A program made the position numbers and the translations under genes. From Thermoanaerobaculia bacterium (lineage in GTDB: Bacteria > Acidobacteriota > Thermoanaerobaculia > Gp7-AA8), in NCBI GenBank assembly GCA_035999335.1, contig DASYGV010000175.1, positions 10,807 through 74,806 on the forward strand: a stretch of 64,000 bases of DNA. The letters run 5' to 3'. The notes below the pieces were generated by a model. The model was given only the letters and a program-made list of their open reading frames with translations. It had not been told where the DNA came from and searched no databases. Of this stretch, positions 24,254 to 32,297 are shown piece after piece (the first letter of the stretch is position 1; every line of letters begins with the position of its first letter).

Positions 24254-26371
24254 ATGTACGTCCTGGCAACCGTTGTCGCACTCCGTCTGCTGAACCCGAA
24301 CGACCTTGCGGTCCACGCCACGCTGCGCTGTGGCGAAGACGCGCGGTGGGCCGTGCGTCTCGAGGCACGCGAGCTCCGCGATGTCGACGGCTGCGCGTCC
24401 GCCGAGGCGTTCGTTCCGCTCGTGGCGATCGAGACGTCGTTCGATGGCGAGCGTGAGTGGCAGCACGTCCTCGATGCCGATGCCGAGTGCGGCACCGCTT
24501 CGATGGCCGTGCCGCTCTTCGCGTGCCGCAACGGCGTTGCCACCGCGTACGTCGCTCCCGTCGATGGCGCCACGTACGCGTGGAACGCGGAAGGGGCGGT
24601 CATCACGGCAGGTGCGAACACGAGTCGCGTGCTCGTGCAACTCGGCGACGCCGCGACCGCGAAGCTGACTTGCGTCATCACCACTGAGGAGTGCACGAAG
24701 AGCGCGACGGGCGTCATCGGCGTGCGCGAGCCGATCGTCGTGAAGAACTTCACCGTTCCCGCGACCGCCGATGCGAACCAGCCGCTGACCATCACCTGGA
24801 GCTATGAGCCCGGCCGCGAGCCGGCGACGCAGATGCTCACCGGCGACCTCTTCGCGCAGCCGGTGACGCTCACGCCTCAACAACGGAGCTACACGACCAC
24901 GCCGCAGAACGGCGGCGCGCGGAGCGTCGAGCTGCGCGCGAGCTACGGGCGCGCGATCCACGTCACCCCACTGCCGAAGAAGCGCCGCCGCTCCGTCGGC
25001 GGAGGCGTGACGGCCACGGAGTGTCCGTCCGCGCTGGCCACCGCGCGCATCGACGTGCGCGGCTGCGTTTCGCGCGAGCCGGTCGTCCAGGCTCCCTTCG
25101 ACGTCGCGGCAGGCTCCACGTTCGAAGCCTTGATTCCCGACCTGGACGATGATGACAAGGTCCAGTGGAGCGTCGACAACGGCACGATCTCCTATCTCTC
25201 GCCGTTCGGCGAGCGCGCGCTCGTCGTTGCCGGCATCAGCGGGAAGACCGACGTTCATGCCCGCGTCGAGCGTTCGGCAGGTTGCTTCGCCAACGGCTCG
25301 GCCGCGGTGGGGATCATCCGCCCGGCGGGGCAATGCGCGATCGCTCCCTCTGCGGCGCTGACACTCGTCTCCACCAATTGCAACGGCGCGCTCGTTCGCG
25401 CGAGCTTCACCGGCACACCTCCCTTCGCGGGCCGGTGGTCCGATGGCACAGAATTCCGCACGTCCGCGGACTATGCGCATCACGAGTTCAGTACGACCGG
25501 TACGTACGGCATGACGGAATTCCACGACGGGGCCTGTTTCGGCGGGACGACCGGCTCACCGCAGGTCACGATGCTCCGTCCGACGGTGAAGCTCACCGGC
25601 GTCGAAGGATGCGCGGGCGGAGCGTTGACCGCGACGTTCAGCGGCAACCCGCCGTTCAGCGGGACGTGGTCGGATGGGCAGAGCTTTACGACGTCGAATG
25701 CGACGCTCACGCGCACGGTCGGCGAGGGCACGTGGTCCGTTCAGAACCTCACCGACGTCACGTGCTCGACGGCGAAGGCGAGCAGCAACAACGTCGCGTT
25801 TGGGCCGCGTCCGCGCGCGTGGATCCCGAAGCCCGCGACCTGCTATCTGCCGAGTGTCGAGCTCGTCGGTTATGTCCCGCTGGAGACCGCCGGAGGGAAC
25901 GCGCCGTACGTGTACGAGTTCACCGATGGCGCTGTGTTCACGACGAATTCCGCGAAGACGTACCGCGAAGTGCGGAACACTTCGGATGTGCAGAATTATG
26001 AGCTGAAGCGCGTGACCGCAGCGGGGTGTGAGGCGACGTTGGAAAACCGCGTCGTCACGGTCCATCGGCGGCACCCGGCGACGATCCCCGGCGGCCGCCG
26101 CGTCGAGTGCACTCAAACCGACATTACCGTTCCGTCGATCTGGGAGCCCTCGCTCGGCGCTCAAATCAACTGGGGCGTTTGGGGCTCCGGATTCAAACCT
26201 GCCGCACCTGTCATCGTGTCGGGAGAGCGGACGACGGCGATCACGTTCCGCTCCAAGATCCCCGGCACGGCATACCTCACCGTCGAAACGAGGTGGCCGG
26301 ATGGACTCTGTTACTACCGCGCACCGACTCAGGACGTCGAGTTTGTCGTTTGCAACTCGGCGGAGAAGTAA
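24254..26371 (+). CDS. Cys-rich repeat protein, paralog 1 (Ig-like / SprB-repeat-like modules)
   Basis: 705 aa. Modules have the form C..G.L.A.F.G.PPF.G.WSDG...GTY....D..C. It shares an N-terminal region of about 430 aa with the next gene. No classical signal peptide. Confidence 0.8.
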   Translation: MYVLATVVALRLLNPNDLAVHATLRCGEDARWAVRLEARELRDVDGCASAEAFVPLVAIETSFDGEREWQHVLDADAECGTASMAVPLFACRNGVATAYVAPVDGATYAWNAEGAVITAGANTSRVLVQLGDAATAKLTCVITTEECTKSATGVIGVREPIVVKNFTVPATADANQPLTITWSYEPGREPATQMLTGDLFAQPVTLTPQQRSYTTTPQNGGARSVELRASYGRAIHVTPLPKKRRRSVGGGVTATECPSALATARIDVRGCVSREPVVQAPFDVAAGSTFEALIPDLDDDDKVQWSVDNGTISYLSPFGERALVVAGISGKTDVHARVERSAGCFANGSAAVGIIRPAGQCAIAPSAALTLVSTNCNGALVRASFTGTPPFAGRWSDGTEFRTSADYAHHEFSTTGTYGMTEFHDGACFGGTTGSPQVTMLRPTVKLTGVEGCAGGALTATFSGNPPFSGTWSDGQSFTTSNATLTRTVGEGTWSVQNLTDVTCSTAKASSNNVAFGPRPRAWIPKPATCYLPSVELVGYVPLETAGGNAPYVYEFTDGAVFTTNSAKTYREVRNTSDVQNYELKRVTAAGCEATLENRVVTVHRRHPATIPGGRRVECTQTDITVPSIWEPSLGAQINWGVWGSGFKPAAPVIVSGERTTAITFRSKIPGTAYLTVETRWPDGLCYYRAPTQDVEFVVCNSAEK

Positions 26372-26380
26372 ATTTCAATC

Positions 26381-28756
26381 ATGACCCTAATCGCTGCCGT
26401 CGTTGCTCTCCGCCTGATGAATCCGAACGACGTCGCCCTCGAGGCGACGCTGCGCTGTGGCGACGAGTCGCGTATGTTGCGGCTCGAGGCTCGTGAGGTG
26501 CGTGACGTCGACTCGTGCACGTCGGCGTCGTCATCGCAGCCGCTGGTCGCGCTCGAGACCTCGATGGAGAACGGCGTCGAATGGCAGACGGCCCTCGAGC
26601 CTGACGCCGCGTGCGCGATCCCGTCGATGTACGCGCCGCTCTTCGCGTGTCGAAACGGCGCCGCCACCGCGTACGTCGCACCGGTGGAAGGCGCGAGCTA
26701 CGAGTGGAGCGCCGAAGGCGCGGCGATCCTCGGCGGAGCGAACACCAACCGCGTGGCACTGCGGATTACCGGCGACACGAGCGTGCAGCTTCGCTGCACG
26801 GTTCGAACGAGCGAGTGCGCCGCGACGACCGGATCGGGCGTCATTCAGATCCGCGAGCCGATCGCGGTCCGCGAATTCAAAGTTCCGGCGACGACGAACG
26901 CGAACGAGCCGCTGACCATCACCTGGTCGTATCTGCCCGGGCGCGAGCCGCAGTCGCAGATCCTCACTGGCGATCTCTTTCCCCAGCCGGTCCCGCTGAA
27001 CACCAGTCAACGGAGCTACACCTTCACCCCACAGACCGGCGGCGCGCGCACGGCCGAGCTGCGCGCGAGCTACGCGCGCGCCATCACTGTTGCTCCGCGC
27101 TCGAAGAAGCGTCGCCGCTCCTCCGCCAGCGGCGCGCCCAACGCATCCGAATGCCCGGCCGCGCTGGCGACGGCGAAGGTCGAAGTGCGCGGCTGCGTCG
27201 AGTCGGAGCCGGTCCTCGACGCGCCGTTCGACGCGGCGGCAGGCTCGACGTTCGAGGTTGCCGTCGACATCGATGACGGGCAGAAGGTCGAATGGAGCGT
27301 CGAGAACGGCAGCGTGCAGTCGGTCTCGCCGTTCTTCCACGAAGCGACGATCGTCGCCGGAACGAGCGGCGTGACCACGGTGACTGCCCGCGTCGAGCGG
27401 AAGGCGGGATGCTTTGCCACCGCATCGGCACCGGTCGCATTGATTCTCCCCGCGAGTCAATGCGCCGTTCCTCCCGTCGCGACGCTGTCGAATCTGTCCG
27501 TCAACTGCGATCAGGCGATCATGAACGTCTCCTTTACCGGCAACGGACCTTTCGCCGGTGAGTGGTCGGATGGCACACCGTTCCGCTCGAGCACGAACAC
27601 GGGTCACGTCTTCACGAAACCGGGCACGTTCACCATTCACAACTTCCGCGACTCCGCCTGCTTCGGGACGGTCAACGGCGCGAAGGCGGTCGAGCAGTTC
27701 CGGCCGGTCGTTCTCCTCAACTCCACCGACAGCTGCAACGGTACGAATCTCGTGGCGACGTTCAAAGGTGTGCCGCCGTTCGTGGGATCGTGGTACGACG
27801 GCGAGCCCATCTCGACGAGCGATACGACCATTTCACGGACGGTGAAGGGGCTCGAGTATTCGCACCAAAATCGCTGGCTTGCCTCAGTCTCTGACAGCGT
27901 GTGCTCACAAAGATCCTACAGCCGCTTCATTGAGATTCCGGAGACGCCCACGCTCATCTATGGCGGCTACGCTTGCCAGACCGATCCTCTCGCAAAAACT
28001 TGGATCTCGGCCTATTTCAAGGGCGGCCGCATCGGGCCATTCAGCGTGGAATGGGCGGATGGCGTCAAGGCCACTTCGACGTCGATCTATCAGAGCCCCC
28101 AGCGTTCGGTGGGACCGATCACCGCGGCGTCGGCTCCATTCGAGATCGTGCGCGCGACCATTGGTGAATGTGAGCTCGATGATGTCGCTGGCCTCGTCAC
28201 AACGCTGTTGAACCGCCCCTCCGCGATGATGCAGACGCCACCGACGACGAACGGGTGCACGGGCGAGCCTCTCACCGCAACGCTTTCGCGATCGCCGCTG
28301 CCGGAAGCAACGATCGAGTGGGTGTTCTCCACCAATGCGCGTGTCATCTCCGGACAGGGAACTCCGACGATCACGTTCACGGTCGATTCGCCGCTGAAGT
28401 TCGATCTCGCCGTCGTGACGAAATATCCCGACGGCCGCTGCAGCAACTATCCCTGGACCACTCCGAAAGTGACGTACACCATCGCGCAGCGCCGCACGGT
28501 GAAGAACATCCGGCTCGAGCCGTCGACGATCCAGGCGGGTGAGAGGGCCACGATCACGTGGGAGCTATTCGAGAATCCCGGCGTGAGCGTGACCACCACG
28601 CAAGCGCGCAAGCTCGAATTGCATCAGGCGGAGGAATGCTGCACCGCGTATTTCGTCGACACGACCGGGCCGGGAACGGTGCCGATCTACATCGATTGGT
28701 ACGACCCCTGTCGCGGATCACAGCGTGAGACGCTGACGCTGACCATCGCGCCGTAG
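26381..28756 (+). CDS. Cys-rich repeat protein, paralog 2
   Basis: 791 aa. The N-terminus MTLIAAVVALRLMNPNDVALEATLRCGDE parallels MYVLATVVALRLLNPNDLAVHATLRCGED of paralog 1. A KKRRRS motif is conserved in both. Confidence 0.8.
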   Translation: MTLIAAVVALRLMNPNDVALEATLRCGDESRMLRLEAREVRDVDSCTSASSSQPLVALETSMENGVEWQTALEPDAACAIPSMYAPLFACRNGAATAYVAPVEGASYEWSAEGAAILGGANTNRVALRITGDTSVQLRCTVRTSECAATTGSGVIQIREPIAVREFKVPATTNANEPLTITWSYLPGREPQSQILTGDLFPQPVPLNTSQRSYTFTPQTGGARTAELRASYARAITVAPRSKKRRRSSASGAPNASECPAALATAKVEVRGCVESEPVLDAPFDAAAGSTFEVAVDIDDGQKVEWSVENGSVQSVSPFFHEATIVAGTSGVTTVTARVERKAGCFATASAPVALILPASQCAVPPVATLSNLSVNCDQAIMNVSFTGNGPFAGEWSDGTPFRSSTNTGHVFTKPGTFTIHNFRDSACFGTVNGAKAVEQFRPVVLLNSTDSCNGTNLVATFKGVPPFVGSWYDGEPISTSDTTISRTVKGLEYSHQNRWLASVSDSVCSQRSYSRFIEIPETPTLIYGGYACQTDPLAKTWISAYFKGGRIGPFSVEWADGVKATSTSIYQSPQRSVGPITAASAPFEIVRATIGECELDDVAGLVTTLLNRPSAMMQTPPTTNGCTGEPLTATLSRSPLPEATIEWVFSTNARVISGQGTPTITFTVDSPLKFDLAVVTKYPDGRCSNYPWTTPKVTYTIAQRRTVKNIRLEPSTIQAGERATITWELFENPGVSVTTTQARKLELHQAEECCTAYFVDTTGPGTVPIYIDWYDPCRGSQRETLTLTIAP

Positions 28757-28762
28757 CGGCCG

Positions 28763-31074
28763 TTGTTGCTTGTTATTTGGTATAAGAGTCGGGTGATCCC
28801 TCGCCCGTTTGTACTGTTCGCGTTTGTCCCGCTCGTTGCGCTCTCTGCTTTCGCGGTCCAGGTCGGGCCGGAGACGGCGGTCGCGACAACGACCATCGAC
28901 ACCGCGCCGCATCTGCGCGGGACGCCGAGGGTGGCGTCGAACGGGACGGACTTCCTCGTCGCATGGCATGACCGTCGCGGCGACGCAACGGAGATCCGCG
29001 CGACACGCGTCGATCGCGACGGCAACTTGCTCGACGCCGAGTCCTTGCTCGTCGGCGCGGACACAGGCGCGGCGCTCTCCGTCGCTTCCGATGGCGAGGA
29101 CTATCTCGTCGCGTACAACTGCCATCCCACCGATCCCGGCATCTGCGTCGCGCGCGTCGATGCCGAGACGGGCGCCGTCGCACACGCGGCTTCGGTGGAC
29201 GGCGTCAACCCATCGCTCGCGTCGAACGGAAACGGATACCTCCTCATCCATCAGTCGGGCGCGCAGAACTTCGACGTCCGCGGCCGTGGTCTGCGCGGAG
29301 ACGGCGTACTCGCGGGCGAGCCGTTCACGATTGGCACCTCGGGCTATGCGCCGACCGTGGCCGCGAACGAAGACGCATACTTTGTCCTCTGGAGCACGCA
29401 CACGCATCTCGAAGGCGTGCTCGTCTCCGACAGCGCGGTCATCGGATTGGAGCAGCGATTCACGAACGCGGTGCCGTCCTTGGGACCCGGACCATTCACG
29501 TGGTCCGTTGCGTCCAACGGCGATGACTTTTTCGTCGCGTGGCAGCAGAACACGGGCGTGATCGGCACCGAGTACACGACGGAGTTGCGCGCGAGCCGGG
29601 TCTCCGCGACGGGGATCGCGTCCTTGTCGAAGAAGATCGGCAACGACGACGCGTGGCAGCCGCACGCGACGTGGACCGGCGCGGACTATCTCGTTACGTA
29701 CACGCACAGCGCCTCGCCCGCGATCGCGCCGTATCTGCTGTTCGATGCGACCGGCGATATCCGCGCTGTGACCGTGAGCGCGGACGGCGAAGTCTCCGGC
29801 GAGATCGCGAACATCGCCGCCGGATCCGGCCGCCAGACCGCAAGCGCCGCTGCATCGAACGACGCCGCGACGCTCGTAACTTGGGAGAACCAGCATCGTC
29901 CCGGCACCGCGCGCATCGAGTCGAGCCTCGTGCCGCGCGGCGGCAACGCCTCCGCAACGCGGGTGCTCTCGAAGAGCACGGGATGGCAGCAGAACGTCGT
30001 CGCCAGCCGCGACACCACGGGTCTGATCAACCGGGCCATCGCCTGGGACGAGGTGACGGGCGACGAACAACTGAGCAAGGTCTACGTGCAACGCTACGAT
30101 CAAAGCGGGGCGCCGCTCGACGGCCGCGGCATTTCGGCCGCGCAGTCCCAGCATCATCAGCGACGTCCCGTGTTCGGTCGCGCGATGATCGCGTGGATCG
30201 AGGAGGATCCCGTGACCGGCGCGGCCTCGGTGTGGTGGCGGGGGTTCTATGCGCCCTCCTTCTCCCTCACCGGTCCGGCTCCTGCGGAGTTTGTCGATCT
30301 CCCCGTTCGCGTCGCCGATGCCGCGCCGGGATCGCGCGTCAGCATCAGCCACGCCCACGTCTTCCACGTGCTCTTTTGGGAGTCTCCCGAGGGGCGCATC
30401 AAGGGCGTAAGGGTGTCGATGTTTGCGCGCATCGGCTACGACCCCTTGCCGTTCTACGTGTCGCCCGGACCAGGCGATTCGAATCCCGCCGCCGCGGCGA
30501 CATGGGGCAACTCGGTGCTCGTCACCTGGAACCGCGGCATCCACAAACGGTGTGTCCCGGCTTCTGTTTTCCGGCGCAGCACTCCATCCACGCGAAGTCG
30601 ATGGAGGTTTTCGGATATCCGCCGATCTCGACGAACGAGATCGCCGCGACGGACGTCAGCGAGCCGCGCCCGGTCTTCAACGGCACGGACTTCTTCGTCT
30701 TCTGGTCCGATCCGCGACGCGGAACGCTGGCTCGCCGCGTGAGCGCGACCGGAGTGCCGATCGGCGCCGAGCGCCTGCTGCATCCCGGCACGCTTCAGGA
30801 CGTCGTGTGGCTCGAGGGGCAGTTCTTCATGGCTGTGGACGAGGGCGCGCGGTTCGCGTTCCTTCGTCTCGACGCCGATCTGAACGTCGTCGAGAGCGTG
30901 CCGTTCCACGCACGCCTCGCGCCCGGCGAGTCGATGTCGATCGCGCCGTCCTGGTCTGGCGACTTCGTTCTCGCGTACGCGGCGAGGAATCCGAACGAGG
31001 GCGCGTCTTCGCGAGCGGTGTTGCGCTTGGTAGGGGAGAACGTCGCATCGCCGCGTCGGCGCACCGTGCGCTAG
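28763..31074 (+). pseudogene. Secreted repeat (beta-propeller-like) protein interrupted by a frameshift near 30545-30600
   Basis: Signal peptide RPFVLFAFVPLVALSAFA. Recurring motif ASNG(T/D)DF(L/F)V(A/F)W. The frame starting at 28763 decays into Arg-rich nonsense after VTWNRGIH. The motif resumes in the frame that ends at 31074 (VFNGTDFFVFWSD, SWSGDFVLAY). Confidence 0.7.
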
Positions 31075-31120
31075 GCGTGCATCCGCGACCTGGCGGCACT
31101 ATGCTGTACGGCATCCCTCC

Positions 31121-32251
31121 ATGCGACCCGCACGGCTCTGCAGCATTCTGCCGCCGTACCTTCTCCGCGCTATCGCCGCGAACGGCGATGACGAGGACCG
31201 CACGCTCGCGCTGGCGGCGCTGGCGCTGTCGAGCGGCCCGCGGCGCGAGCGCCAGGCGCTGCTGCAGCTCGCCGGCAAGCTCGTGCTGCCGCCGCGGGTG
31301 AAGCGCCGCACCGTGTTCGACGCGGAGCAGCGGCGCGCATTGCCCGGACGCATCGTGCGTCCGGAAGGCGCGCGCCGCACGCGCGACGCGAGCGTGAACG
31401 AGGCCTACGATGGCGCGGGGAAGACGTACGACTACTTCCGCCGCGTGCACGGTCGCCGTTCCGTCGACGACCACGGTCTCGGCATCCGCTCGACGGTGCA
31501 TTACGGCAAGCGCTTCAGCAACGCGCATTGGAACGGACGGCAGATGATCTACGGCGACGGCGACGGGAAGTACTTTCACTGCTTCACGTCGTCGCTCGAT
31601 GTGGTCGCGCACGAGCTCACGCACGGCGTCACGCAGTACTCCGCGGCCCTCGGATTCAGCGGCCAGTGCGGCGCGCTGGCCGAGCACTTTTCCGACGTCT
31701 TCGGCATTCTCGTGAAGCAGTACTGGCTGAAGCAGCGCGTCGTGCAGTCGGACTGGCTGATCGGCGCAGAGCTGCTGACGAGCCGCGTGAACGGCGCGGG
31801 GATCCGTTCGATGAAGGCGCCCGGCTCCGCGTACGACGACGCGGTTCTCGGATCCGACCCGCAGCCCGCGCACATGCGCGATTACGTGAAGACACACGGC
31901 GACGATCGCGGCGTGCACGTCAACTGCGGCATCCCCAATCACGCGTTCTACCGCGCGGCCACGCTCCTCGGCGGATACGCGTGGGAAAACGCCGGACGGA
32001 TCTGGTATCGCGCACTCACGCGCGAGCTCGGTCCCCGCGCGCGCTTCCAGCAATGCGCCGACGCAACGTGGCGCGTCGCGGGGGAGTTGTACGGCGCCGG
32101 CAGCGCGCCGCAGGACGCGGTGCGGACCGCGTGGCACGAAGTCGGGATCGAGGTAGCCGCGATCGCGGCGCCGAAGCTGCGCATCCGCCGCGGCGTCCGC
32201 GAGTCGTTCGATCTGCCGGTCGCCGCGGCCGAGCTACCGTACCTGGGTTAG
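31121..32251 (+). CDS. M4 (thermolysin-family) protealysin-like metalloprotease
   Basis: HELTHGV...GALAEHFSDVFG (HExxH + ExxxD), GVHVNCGIPNHAFY, and the N-terminal CSILPPYLL motif typical of protealysin-like propeptides. No signal peptide. Confidence 0.88.
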   Translation: MRPARLCSILPPYLLRAIAANGDDEDRTLALAALALSSGPRRERQALLQLAGKLVLPPRVKRRTVFDAEQRRALPGRIVRPEGARRTRDASVNEAYDGAGKTYDYFRRVHGRRSVDDHGLGIRSTVHYGKRFSNAHWNGRQMIYGDGDGKYFHCFTSSLDVVAHELTHGVTQYSAALGFSGQCGALAEHFSDVFGILVKQYWLKQRVVQSDWLIGAELLTSRVNGAGIRSMKAPGSAYDDAVLGSDPQPAHMRDYVKTHGDDRGVHVNCGIPNHAFYRAATLLGGYAWENAGRIWYRALTRELGPRARFQQCADATWRVAGELYGAGSAPQDAVRTAWHEVGIEVAAIAAPKLRIRRGVRESFDLPVAAAELPYLG

Positions 32252-32272
32252 CCCCCGGCTTCAGCCGGGGGT
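32251..32272. repeat. GCCCCCGGCTTCAGCCGGGGG hairpin (family 4)
   Basis: gcccccggcttcagccgggggt overlaps the protease stop codon. Confidence 0.8.
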
Positions 32273-32297
32273 TGCGTCCCTCGTATACTCCCCCGTC

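Noticed and set aside
30601-31074. Independent 157-aa gene starting at ATG 30601 instead of a frameshift
   Set aside because: It would overlap the upstream ORF by ~140 nt. The upstream ORF's tail in that overlap is Arg/Ser-rich nonsense, and the same repeat motif continues across the junction. A frameshift in one gene is therefore more parsimonious. Reads are needed to decide.
32252-32297. Emfourin (M4in) inhibitor gene downstream of the protealysin-like protease
   Set aside because: Only 46 bp separate the protease from the next gene, and that space is occupied by a REP hairpin. No small ORF exists there.
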